Under the pieces are notes generated by a model. That model made no database searches. It saw only the letters and a program-made list of their open reading frames with translations, and was not told the DNA's origin. Positions 16,549 to 24,825 of a stretch of DNA of 41,641 nucleotides are shown here, piece by piece. Numbering within the stretch: the first letter of the stretch is position 1; the number at the start of each line of letters is the position of its first letter. The position numbers were made by a program, and so were the translations under genes. Source of the stretch: an uncultured Methanosarcinales archaeon (lineage in GTDB: Archaea > Nanobdellota > Nanobdellia > Woesearchaeales > 21-14-0-10-32-9); contig CAZOPU010000003.1 of assembly GCA_964581965.1 (NCBI GenBank), forward strand, positions 1 to 41,641, written 5' to 3'.

Positions 16549-16779
16549 TTATGAATATTTTTTGAATCCTAGTTTTAGTGCGTTCTCTCTGAAGCAGTGC
16601 CTGCACAAGTTTATTCCGTACTTTGATATGTGTGATCCTGTTCTTCCGCAGGTTTTACACTTTTTTGTTGATTCGCCATGATCTCTTGCTTTTGGAACGT
16701 TGTGTTTTTTGTACTTTGCAAGTTTTCCTGGCTTAATCGCGATTTGTTTTAATACTTTTGAATGGTCTGATGTAGTCAT
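16549..16779 (-). CDS. rps14: Ribosomal protein uS14 (zinc-ribbon type) with an N-terminal extension of about 20 aa
   Basis: [25 protein letters not shown] (CxxC...CxxC). ATGA overlap with the rpl5 stop. Confidence 0.9.
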   Translation of the reverse strand: MTTSDHSKVLKQIAIKPGKLAKYKKHNVPKARDHGESTKKCKTCGRTGSHISKYGINLCRHCFRENALKLGFKKYS

Positions 16780-17291
16780 TCTTTTTCACCTATTTTTATG
16801 GCATATTTTTCTTTCATGAACTTTATTGATTCTTCTTGTTTTATCTGGTGTGTTTTTGATACTTTTGCGTTTCTTATTTTTCTGTTTCTTATCCTGAATC
16901 CTGGTCTTGTCAGTGTTATTGATGCCTGGAGCCCCATCATTCCTATTTCTGGGTCGTACTTTGCATCTTTTATGTCCATATATTCAGGGAGTCCGAAGCT
17001 TATGTTTCCATGATTGTCAAAGCATTTGTCGCTTAGTATGTTGTCTTTTGCGTGAAGTAATCTGGGAATTAGCTTTTCTGCTGCTTCTCCTCTTAGTGTT
17101 AGTTTGCATCCTATTGGTAATCCAGGTCTGAGTCCCCATGCCTGTAGTCTTTTGTCTGTTATTGTTTTTACAGGAGCAGTTCCAGTTAGGTTTGTAAGTA
17201 GTTTTATTCCTTTTTCAAGCACTTTCTGGTCTTTTCCAGCGCCTACATTCAGGGTTACTTTCTCTATCCTGATTTCCTTCATTTTGTTCAT
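16776..17291 (-). CDS. rpl5: Ribosomal protein uL5
   Basis: [16 protein letters not shown]... Confidence 0.9.
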   Translation of the reverse strand: MNKMKEIRIEKVTLNVGAGKDQKVLEKGIKLLTNLTGTAPVKTITDKRLQAWGLRPGLPIGCKLTLRGEAAEKLIPRLLHAKDNILSDKCFDNHGNISFGLPEYMDIKDAKYDPEIGMMGLQASITLTRPGFRIRNRKIRNAKVSKTHQIKQEESIKFMKEKYAIKIGEKE

Positions 17292-17293
17292 TT

Positions 17294-17986
17294 TTAATCC
17301 AGCTCTGATTTTTTCTCTTTATTTATTATTAATGGGTATTTGATGCTCGTTTCGAATGTTTCTACGTCAGTTTTTATTTTTACTATGCTATCTGATATTG
17401 AAACTATGTCTCCATATTTTCCCGCATGTTTTCCTGACGTGATTAGTATATGTGCGCCTTTTTCAAGTGGAAGGTGATGTTTTATTTTTTCATCTTTGAG
17501 ATTGAATATTAATGTGTCTCCTATTTTGTATTTCTTCGCGTCTGATTCTGGTACTAGCACATTGAATCCGTTTAGAGTGTTTATCTGTGTTTTTCCACCA
17601 TTTATTTTTGTTTTTCCAGTTATTTTTAGTATAAGGTCGATTGTTTCATTTGGTACTTCTTTTGGTTTTAGCATTCCTTTCTTATCTATTGATATTCTGT
17701 ATGTTTTATTTATTGATGGTATGCTTACTAAGTCCAAAAATCCTGCTTGCGCCTTGTTATCTTTTTTTCTTTTGTTATTTACTAGCACTTCTTGTTTGGT
17801 AAGGACGAACTTTGTTTCTTTTGTTGTTTTTGTAAGGCCCAGCATGTCCTTTAATAGATTGTTTAATGATATTGACATCTTCTTTGAGTGTGCACCAGGA
17901 TTTTGTTTTGTGATGAACTTTGTTGTTTTTCTCAAAACATTCCATGTTTTTGGGGCTGCAAGCCTTTTTATGTGATTTTTGACCAT
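17294..17986 (-). CDS. rps4e: Ribosomal protein eS4
   Basis: HIKRLAAPKTWNVLRKTTKFITKQNPGAHS. Confidence 0.9.
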   Translation of the reverse strand: MVKNHIKRLAAPKTWNVLRKTTKFITKQNPGAHSKKMSISLNNLLKDMLGLTKTTKETKFVLTKQEVLVNNKRKKDNKAQAGFLDLVSIPSINKTYRISIDKKGMLKPKEVPNETIDLILKITGKTKINGGKTQINTLNGFNVLVPESDAKKYKIGDTLIFNLKDEKIKHHLPLEKGAHILITSGKHAGKYGDIVSISDSIVKIKTDVETFETSIKYPLIINKEKKSELD

Positions 17987-17987
17987 T

Positions 17988-18386
17988 TTATTTTGCCTCT
18001 GTGCTCTTTATTGATGATAGTTTGCTTTTTCTTAGTTTGTCTGAAAGGTTTAATTCAGTTATTTGCATGTTTGATGGATGTATTGGTGATTTTGATTTTG
18101 ATCCATCTTTTTTTGTTAACTCTATTTTTGACACATACACTCTTGTGTTTTTTGTGTCTATTTTTTCTATTTGTCCTGATTTTGATTTGAATGTTCCCCT
18201 CATTATTTTTACTTTGTCGCCAGTTCTTGGTTTTATGCTTCTTATTCCGTATTTTTCCCTTAGTTCTTTTGACAGGTTTATTGAGAGGAATTTCCTCTTT
18301 ATGTTTAATGGAGCGTTATGTAAGTATTTTCTTTGTTTCCTTGGTTGTGTGCTTGACACCCATGTTTTTGAAAATTTTGTCTTCAT
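17988..18386 (-). CDS. rpl24: Ribosomal protein uL24
   Basis: KOW motif RTGDKVKIMRGTFKSKSGQI; operon position. Confidence 0.9.
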   Translation of the reverse strand: MKTKFSKTWVSSTQPRKQRKYLHNAPLNIKRKFLSINLSKELREKYGIRSIKPRTGDKVKIMRGTFKSKSGQIEKIDTKNTRVYVSKIELTKKDGSKSKSPIHPSNMQITELNLSDKLRKSKLSSIKSTEAK

Positions 18387-18396
18387 TTTGTTTCAC

Positions 18397-18798
18397 TCAT
18401 ACTATTGTGCTTGCTAACTTTGCTATTCCTGGCCATCTTTCGCATGCTTCTTTCGCAATTGGGCCTTTGAAGATTGTTCCTTTTGGATTTCCTTTATCGT
18501 CCTTTAGTACTACAGCGACGTTGCTTTCGAATTTTATTCTTGTGCCGTCTAGTCTTGTGTATTCTTTTTTCTGTCTTACTATTACTGCCCAGACTACTGT
18601 TTTTCTTACGTCTGGTTTTCCTTTTACAACTGACGCCTGTATTAGATCTCCTACTCTTGCTGCAATCATTTTTCCTTTGTGAGTTTTGTGTCCTTTTACA
18701 GATATTACTTTAAGTTGTTTCGCTCCGCTGTTGTCGCATGTATCTAGTACTGCTCCGTGCGGTAATGATTTTGGGATTGTTGCCTTTATTGATTTCAT
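18397..18798 (-). CDS. rpl14: Ribosomal protein uL14
   Basis: VLDTCDNSGAKQLKVISVKG. Confidence 0.95.
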   Translation of the reverse strand: MKSIKATIPKSLPHGAVLDTCDNSGAKQLKVISVKGHKTHKGKMIAARVGDLIQASVVKGKPDVRKTVVWAVIVRQKKEYTRLDGTRIKFESNVAVVLKDDKGNPKGTIFKGPIAKEACERWPGIAKLASTIV

Positions 18799-18805
18799 TT
18801 TTTAT

Positions 18806-19120
18806 TCACTTTTGTTTTTTTGTCTCTTTTTTTGTCTCTGTTTCTTCTGAATTGTGTTTCTTTACTATTGATATTACTGTGAAGTTTTTTGTTTTTGATA
18901 TCGGTCTTGTTTCCATTATTATTACAGTGTCTCCTTTTTCAGCATTGATTGTTTGTGGATTGTGAGCTTTTACTTTAGTCCTTCTTTTTTGGTATCTCTC
19001 GTATTTTGGAATGTATTTTCTTCTTTCCCATTCTACAGTCACTGTCTTGCTCATTTTGTCGCTTGTAACTATTCCTGTGAATGTTCTTCCTCTTGTTGAG
19101 ATATTTTTTGTTTCGCTCAT
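18806..19120 (-). CDS. rps17: Ribosomal protein uS17
   Basis: RGRTFTGIVTSDKMSKTVTVEWERRKYIPKYERY. Confidence 0.9.
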   Translation of the reverse strand: MSETKNISTRGRTFTGIVTSDKMSKTVTVEWERRKYIPKYERYQKRRTKVKAHNPQTINAEKGDTVIIMETRPISKTKNFTVISIVKKHNSEETETKKETKKQK

Positions 19121-19152
19121 TTTGTTTCTCCTTTTTGTAAGGTCCTGTGCGT

Positions 19153-19404
19153 TTAGTGTGAAGGCTCCTTTATTTTGATTCTTTCCTCGGGTTTTTTTGT
19201 TATTTTGTCTCCTTTTATTGTTTGATTATTTATTATGAATGTTTTGTCTTTTTTTAGTATTGTTATTGTTTTGTTTTCTGTTTTTATTTTGAATGTGTTT
19301 TTTGTTTCGTCTATTATTTTTCCTTTTATTTGCTCTTGTTGTTTGTTTGATGATTTTGTTATTTCGATTTGTTTTCCTATGAATTCTTGTTTGTATTTGT
19401 TCAT
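19153..19404 (-). CDS. rnp1: RNase P protein component 1 (Rpp29/Pop4 homologue)
   Basis: Conserved archaeal slot between L29/SUI1 and S17. FIGKQIEITKSSNKQQEQIKGKIIDETKNTFKI...KKPEERIK matches the Rpp29 Sm-like barrel pattern. ATGA overlap with the SUI1 stop. Confidence 0.75.
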   Translation of the reverse strand: MNKYKQEFIGKQIEITKSSNKQQEQIKGKIIDETKNTFKIKTENKTITILKKDKTFIINNQTIKGDKITKKPEERIKIKEPSH

Positions 19405-19703
19405 TCTATTGAGTCAGGGGAAAATCCCTGTTTTATTAGTTCTTTTCGCATATCTTTTGTGTGATCCCCTTGGAGTTCTATTATTCCGTCTTTTGTTGTT
19501 CCTCCGCAGGCGAATCTTGATTTGAGCTTTTTTGCAAGTTCCTTCAAATCTACTTCGTGTTGGTTTACGCCCTCTATTGCTGTATATTTTTTTCCAAATT
19601 TCTTTTTTACTAGCTTGACTTTTATTTTCTGGCTTTCTTTGGCTATGTTTTCCCAAATTCCTAGTTCCTTAGGCAGTCCAGTTATAGGGTCTATTTCAGG
19701 CAT
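19401..19703 (-). CDS. sui1: Translation initiation factor SUI1 / aIF1
   Basis: KKFGKKYTAIEGV...LKSRFACGGTTKDGIIELQGDH. Confidence 0.9.
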   Translation of the reverse strand: MPEIDPITGLPKELGIWENIAKESQKIKVKLVKKKFGKKYTAIEGVNQHEVDLKELAKKLKSRFACGGTTKDGIIELQGDHTKDMRKELIKQGFSPDSIE

Positions 19704-19706
19704 TAA

Positions 19707-19910
19707 TTATTTTTCCTCCTTTTTTTCTCCTTGATTGTTTATTGTGTGTAATTTTGCTATTGCTCTTTTTATTGATTTTATCTGACCTGGATTTTTTGGA
19801 GGAGTTCCTGTTTTCGACTGACCTTGCAGTATCATTAGTTCTCCTCTGAGCTCTCCTATTTTTTTACTTATGTCGTCAGATTTTAATTTTTTAATGTCTT
19901 TTTTCTTCAT
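19707..19910 (-). CDS. rpl29: Ribosomal protein uL29
   Basis: LKSDDISKKIGELRGELMILQGQ. Confidence 0.85.
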   Translation of the reverse strand: MKKKDIKKLKSDDISKKIGELRGELMILQGQSKTGTPPKNPGQIKSIKRAIAKLHTINNQGEKKEEK

Positions 19911-19920
19911 GTTTCATCAG

Positions 19921-20676
19921 TTATTCTTCTTTTTCCTTTGATTTTGATGCTTTCTTTTTTGCGGGAGTTTTCCTGGTTGCTTTCTTTTTTTGTTCTTTTT
20001 CTTTTGTCTCTGATTGTGCTTCTGTCTGCTCAGAGACTTTTTCTGCTGCTCGGATTGCAGACTCTGCCTGGATTGTTTCTTCTTCTTTAACTGATATTTT
20101 GTCTGGAAGAACTGTTGTCTCTGGCATTATTCTTACCTGTACTCCCACCACTCCTGATTTTAATTTTGCTGCTTGAATTGATGTGTTTACTCCTGAAACT
20201 GATACATCACCGCATTTTTTAAGGTAACCTTGGTAGAATCTCCATGTTTTTGCTCTACTGCTAGGTATTTTTCCTGAGATTAGTATTTCTACTCCCAATG
20301 CCCCAGAGGAGATTACATCGCTCATTGCTTTGTGTCCTACTCCTTTGAATCTTGCTGAGCCAAATCTTTCTAGTGAATTAGCAATCATTTCTGCAGTTAT
20401 TGCAGCGTCTGATCTTGAATTTTTTACTTCTTCTATTTCTATCTGTGGATTTTCAAGACCGAATTTTTCTTTTAGGTCTTTTGTTAATCTTGATATGTTG
20501 CCTCCTCCTTTTCCTACTATCAGTCCTGGCCTAGATGCAACTATAACTATTTTTTCTCCCAAAGGCGTTCTGTGGAGCGTTACATCACTAAGTCCTACTC
20601 TGCTTAGCTCCTTGAATAGGTAATCTTTAACGAGGAATTCTTTCATGTTCTGTGATACAAATTTTCTTTCAATCAT
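19921..20676 (-). CDS. rps3: Ribosomal protein uS3 with a charged C-terminal extension
   Basis: KH domain IVASRPGLIVGKGGGNISRLTKDL. ATGA overlap with the rpl22 stop. Confidence 0.9.
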   Translation of the reverse strand: MIERKFVSQNMKEFLVKDYLFKELSRVGLSDVTLHRTPLGEKIVIVASRPGLIVGKGGGNISRLTKDLKEKFGLENPQIEIEEVKNSRSDAAITAEMIANSLERFGSARFKGVGHKAMSDVISSGALGVEILISGKIPSSRAKTWRFYQGYLKKCGDVSVSGVNTSIQAAKLKSGVVGVQVRIMPETTVLPDKISVKEEETIQAESAIRAAEKVSEQTEAQSETKEKEQKKKATRKTPAKKKASKSKEKEE

Positions 20677-21287
20677 TGTTTATCCTCTTGTGCCTTTTTG
20701 ACTACTTTTTTCTTTTTTGGTGTGATTTCTTTTTTTGCAGTTGTAGTTTCCTGCAATTTTTGTTCATGATCCTGATTTTTTTGTTCTGTTTCTGAACTTT
20801 CCTTCTGCTCTTTCTTTGTTGATTGTTTTGATTCTTTCTTTGAATCTTTTTCCATTTCTTGGACGACTATTTCCAAATGAGATCTCTTGAATTTTCTCCT
20901 GCCTGATCTTCCTGAATGGAATGCGCCTGGTGACTTTTGTGCTGCCAAATGTATTATTTTTAGCTCTGTGGATAATCCTTTTGCTTGAGCGTTTGCTTCT
21001 GCTGATTTTATTAGCTCCATGAATATCGCGGCTCCCTTTTGAGGGTATCTTCCTACAGATATTCCTGCTCCTTTTCTGTGTCCCACTCCTCCCTTGAATC
21101 TTTTGTATGGAATAGGTTGCTTCATAAGTAGCACTCTTTCAAGTATTGTCTTTGCGTTTGATGTTGTTTTTCCTTTCAAAAATGAGGATATTTCTATCGC
21201 TACTTTGAATGAAAGTTCAGCATCTCGTTTCATGGCTTTTGCCATGCTTTCTGTTAATCCTTGAAATGAGTATTTAGCGCTAGTCAT
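20673..21287 (-). CDS. rpl22: Ribosomal protein uL22 with a Lys/Glu/Gln-rich C-terminal extension
   Basis: AKAMKRDAELSFKVAIEISSFLKGK... The tail from about residue 145 is K/E/Q-rich. Confidence 0.9.
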   Translation of the reverse strand: MTSAKYSFQGLTESMAKAMKRDAELSFKVAIEISSFLKGKTTSNAKTILERVLLMKQPIPYKRFKGGVGHRKGAGISVGRYPQKGAAIFMELIKSAEANAQAKGLSTELKIIHLAAQKSPGAFHSGRSGRRKFKRSHLEIVVQEMEKDSKKESKQSTKKEQKESSETEQKNQDHEQKLQETTTAKKEITPKKKKVVKKAQEDKQ

Positions 21288-21298
21288 TTTTCATACCT

Positions 21299-21676
21299 TT
21301 ATTTTGCAGGAGATTCTGCGGATTTGGTTGCACCTACTCCTGGATTGCTGTGGTTTACTTTCTTTCTTGAAAGGGCCAGCTCTCCTATGTGTGCCCCTAT
21401 CATTTCCTCCTGAATTAATATTGCTGTATAAGTGTTTCCTGTGTGTATCCTTATTGTTTTTCCTATCATGCTTGGAAGTATTATCATGTCTCTAAGCTGA
21501 GTTTTAACATTGTCTTTTTTCTTAAGTTTTTCAACTAATTTCTTCTCCGCGTCAGAGAATCCTCTTTTTATTTTTCTTCTCTGCCTGGAAGGTAAAATCT
21601 CAGCCAAATCATTCAAGGACAGCCTGTTAAGCTCCTCTAATGTTTTTCCTCTGTACATGAATGTTTTTTTTGCCAT
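21299..21676 (-). CDS. rps19: Ribosomal protein uS19
   Basis: GKTIRIHTGNTYTAILIQEEMIGAHIGELALSRK. Confidence 0.9.
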   Translation of the reverse strand: MAKKTFMYRGKTLEELNRLSLNDLAEILPSRQRRKIKRGFSDAEKKLVEKLKKKDNVKTQLRDMIILPSMIGKTIRIHTGNTYTAILIQEEMIGAHIGELALSRKKVNHSNPGVGATKSAESPAK

Positions 21677-21687
21677 TTAGTCACCGC

Positions 21688-22389
21688 TTACTTGGTTTTT
21701 CTTCCTGATCTTCTAGGCCTTATCATTCCTACCTTTCTTCCTGGTGGGGCGTTATGAGGCGCAGGCCTTGCTTTTGATTTTCTCAATGATCTCTTATTTC
21801 CGAATGGATGCGCAACTGCGTTCATTGCGGAACCAGATACTATAGGATAATACTTGTTCCTTGATTTCATCAAGTGATGCTTCTTTCCTGCTTTCAGCAA
21901 TGGTTTTTCTACTCTTCCTCCTCCTGCAACTATTCCTATCATTGCTTTGCAGTCTGGATGGAAATCTTTTTGTTTTTTTGATGGAAGAAGGATTGTTACT
22001 GAATTTTGTGTTTTTGCAACTATTTTTGCTGTAGTGCCTGAGCTTCTTACAAATTTTCCGCCGTCACCTGGTTGTGCTTCTATGCTGAATATGTTTACTC
22101 CTTCAGGTATGTCTTTTAATGCCATTATTGTTCCTGGAAGCAAATCTGACGAGGATAATGTTCTTGAGTCTCCCACTGCAACTCCTTCAGGTGCAATTAA
22201 CAAACTTGTTGTTTTATCATTGTACTCTGCTTCTATTAATGGCGCAGTATGACCTGGGCATCTTACTAGGTTCTTGACTGTGTAGGATTCTTTTCCGAAC
22301 ATCCTTACGCTTCCTCTGTATCTGAAATCTGGAGCCCTAAATCTACCTGTTCCTCTTCCTCTTCTCTGTTGAATTAGATTTTTTCCCAT
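21688..22389 (-). CDS. rpl2: Ribosomal protein uL2
   Basis: QQRRGRGTGRFRAP...GGGRVEKPLLKAGKKHH...HPFG. Confidence 0.95.
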   Translation of the reverse strand: MGKNLIQQRRGRGTGRFRAPDFRYRGSVRMFGKESYTVKNLVRCPGHTAPLIEAEYNDKTTSLLIAPEGVAVGDSRTLSSSDLLPGTIMALKDIPEGVNIFSIEAQPGDGGKFVRSSGTTAKIVAKTQNSVTILLPSKKQKDFHPDCKAMIGIVAGGGRVEKPLLKAGKKHHLMKSRNKYYPIVSGSAMNAVAHPFGNKRSLRKSKARPAPHNAPPGRKVGMIRPRRSGRKTK

Positions 22390-22400
22390 TTAGAGCACCT

Positions 22401-22661
22401 TTACATTAATCCTAATTTTGTTGCAACATCTATAGCAGGCGTTTCGTCTGCAAATCTTATGTATGCTTTTTTTCTTCCCTTTGAATCTATCTGAGTGGAT
22501 ACTTTGTTTACTTTTACTTTGAATTCATCCTCTATAGCTTTCTTTATCTGTTCTTTTGTAGATGTAAGGCTTACTACAAATATTAGTTTGTTTTCTGACT
22601 CCATAAGCCTTATTGTTTTTTCTGTTGATAATGGATAAAGTATTACTGGATGAGCATTCAT
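22401..22661 (-). CDS. rpl23: Ribosomal protein uL23
   Basis: ILYPLSTEKTIRLMESENKLIFVV. ATGA overlap with the rpl4 stop. Confidence 0.9.
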   Translation of the reverse strand: MNAHPVILYPLSTEKTIRLMESENKLIFVVSLTSTKEQIKKAIEDEFKVKVNKVSTQIDSKGRKKAYIRFADETPAIDVATKLGLM

Positions 22662-23584
22662 TCTTTAGCCTCTTTCTTCTTTTTTTGAGTTGATGACTTT
22701 GCTTCAGATTGCTTTGCTTTTTTTTCCTTTACTGGAGCAGCTTTTTCTTTTTCTACTTTAGGACTCAGCTGAACTGCATTTGTAAACAACTCATTCTCAG
22801 ACAATTTCTTTATTGCTGACTCTGTGAACAAAGTCATTCTTCCTAATTCAGTTCCTGGTGCAAGCAATTCTACGTTTATGTTTTCAATTAATGATACATC
22901 TGCACCAGCTAAGTTCCTCGCTGATTTTGAAAGATCCGATTCTGAAGCCAAAACAAACAGTATTCCTTTTCTTGTTTTGTATTTTCTTCCTCTGGCTTTT
23001 CCTTTTCCAGCTCTTACTTTAACAACTGAAGCTCTTTCAAGTTCATCCTTAAATCCTAATGTTAGCAATGCTTTCTTTAGGTCTCCCGTCTTTTTTATGC
23101 TGTTAAATTCGTCTGATAAAATGAAGGGATATGATGATGGAACTTTGTGTCCTCTTGCTTTTACTAACTCAACCACAAGAGTTGCTGCAAGAGCTGATCT
23201 TATTGCCTTCCTATTTTCTTGAGTATTGATTTTTTGATTCCAAACCTTTGATGCTTTTGGAGGATGTGATTGTCTTCCGCCCACTGTTTGAGGAGCAAAT
23301 GCACCCACCCAGTTAAATCTTGTTCCGTTCCTTGACAATGCCTTCCTAGGTGTTCTTGATTGTCCTATTCCGTATGTTCCCTTGTAGTCTCTTCTTCTTT
23401 TCGAGACGAATGCAGAATATCTTTTTCCTGCCTCAGGAAATGCACCATAAGGAGTTCTGTTAGCAGCTTGTATTGCCAGAACTGCTCTTTTAACAAGATC
23501 CTTTCTTGGAGTCTCGTTGAACTGAACTGGCAACTCCATTGAGCCTTTCTCTGTTCCTTCTTTTGTGAAAATTTTAAGTTTCAT
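22658..23584 (-). CDS. rpl4: Ribosomal protein uL4 with a Lys-rich C-terminal extension
   Basis: ELPVQFNETPRKDLVKRAVLAIQAANRTPYG. The tail is KVEKEKAAPVKEKKAKQSEAKSSTQKKKKEAKE. Confidence 0.9.
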   Translation of the reverse strand: MKLKIFTKEGTEKGSMELPVQFNETPRKDLVKRAVLAIQAANRTPYGAFPEAGKRYSAFVSKRRRDYKGTYGIGQSRTPRKALSRNGTRFNWVGAFAPQTVGGRQSHPPKASKVWNQKINTQENRKAIRSALAATLVVELVKARGHKVPSSYPFILSDEFNSIKKTGDLKKALLTLGFKDELERASVVKVRAGKGKARGRKYKTRKGILFVLASESDLSKSARNLAGADVSLIENINVELLAPGTELGRMTLFTESAIKKLSENELFTNAVQLSPKVEKEKAAPVKEKKAKQSEAKSSTQKKKKEAKE

Positions 23585-23589
23585 TTTGC

Positions 23590-24579
23590 TTAACCCTGAT
23601 GTGATGAAGTACTAATGTATTTTATTGAATCTGGTGAATAAGATGCTTTTTTCTTAAGTCTTACAGGCTCAGTCAATAGAATCATTCTTTTTTTAGCACC
23701 CATTATTGAGCCTTTTATCATTACAAACTGAGATTTTATCAATCCATAGTTTATGAATCCTCCTCTAGGATTTACAACTTCTGGTTTGTCGCTTATTTTT
23801 AGTATAAAGTTATTATATTGTACTCTTTGATGGAAACCCATTTGTCCTGCGTGTGCAACCCTGTACATAACATGTCCTTGCCTGCTCCATCCGCCAAGAG
23901 AACCCACAGCTCTTACTCCTTTTTCTGACTTATGCTGTTTTAGGCCTATTCCAAATCTTTTCACAGGGCCCTGGAATCCTCTTCCTGTTGTTATGCCGTG
24001 AGCATCAACAAATTGACCTTCTTTGAAAACATCAGTTATAGAAATTGACTTATCAAAATGATTTTTTATGAATTCTATTTTTTCTTTGTTAGACCCTCCT
24101 AATGAAATTTCAAATGTTTCTGGAGTTTTCTTTAAATCTATATTTTTTGGAAGAGTGTATACCTGAACTGTTATGTCTGTGTACTCTTCAGGGTTTATTT
24201 TTTCTATGTCTTCCAATTTTGCAAACTTCTCCTTTGGAACATTGGATGCTCTTGAAAACTCTTTTTCAGTCTTGAAATTTAATTGAGAATCAACATAATC
24301 TGCCTTATCTTTTCTTTTATATAATCTCATGCTTGCTATTTTTATAGGAGCGCATTCCAATAGAGTAACTGACATTACTTCTTCTGAGCCACCCATTCTT
24401 TTATTCTTGTCAGTGTTTACTGCAAAGATTCTAGACATTCCTGCTTTGTAAACTGGAAATGCAAGCAACTTAGCTTCTTTTACTTTAGCAACCGATCTAA
24501 TTCTTGGGTGCATACTCTTGGCCCTTTTTCTAGGCCAGACGCCCATGCTTCCGAATCTTGGTTGTTTTGGTTTTGGCAT
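23590..24579 (-). CDS. rpl3: Ribosomal protein uL3 (first gene of the super-operon)
   Basis: PRFGSMGVWPRKRA...; 329 aa. Confidence 0.95.
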   Translation of the reverse strand: MPKPKQPRFGSMGVWPRKRAKSMHPRIRSVAKVKEAKLLAFPVYKAGMSRIFAVNTDKNKRMGGSEEVMSVTLLECAPIKIASMRLYKRKDKADYVDSQLNFKTEKEFSRASNVPKEKFAKLEDIEKINPEEYTDITVQVYTLPKNIDLKKTPETFEISLGGSNKEKIEFIKNHFDKSISITDVFKEGQFVDAHGITTGRGFQGPVKRFGIGLKQHKSEKGVRAVGSLGGWSRQGHVMYRVAHAGQMGFHQRVQYNNFILKISDKPEVVNPRGGFINYGLIKSQFVMIKGSIMGAKKRMILLTEPVRLKKKASYSPDSIKYISTSSHQG

Positions 24580-24604
24580 TTTAGATTATACCCTCTATTT
24601 ATGA

Positions 24605-24745
24605 ATGTGCTCTGAAACCGTACAGGTTTTTGCTTCTGTAAACGCCTATTCTTGAAACCCTTTTTTAGAAGTACAAAACTGTACTGAAAAAAGATCACTT
24701 TTCAGGCGCGTTTCCGTCGTTGAAGTAATGTTAACCTCAACCGCT
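24605..24745 (-). promoter_or_regulatory. Hairpin-rich, relatively GC-rich putative 5' leader or small RNA upstream of rpl3
   Basis: Four stem-loops fall within about 130 nt (plus-strand coordinates):
- AAACC-GTACA-GGTTT at 24615..24629
- AGTAC-AAAACT-GTACT at 24670..24685
- CTGAAAA...TTTTCAG at 24684..24705
- GTTGA...TCAAC at 24719..24741
The nearest well-spaced TATA (TTTATAAA, 24771..24778) is about 190 nt upstream of the ATG. Confidence 0.3.
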
Positions 24746-24825
24746 TAACTTTCAGGAATGATGTTTGATTTATAAAGGTTTTGGATGGCTTTAAAGCCAA
24801 ACATTTATTTCATAGTTAAACTGAT

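Noticed and set aside
24758-24824. Possible C/D-box sRNA on the plus strand: ATGATGT at 24758 and CTGA at 24821, about 63 nt apart.
   Set aside because: The C box is imperfect, there are no convincing C'/D' boxes and no terminal stem. The putative D box overlaps the stop-codon region of the DUF2817 gene.
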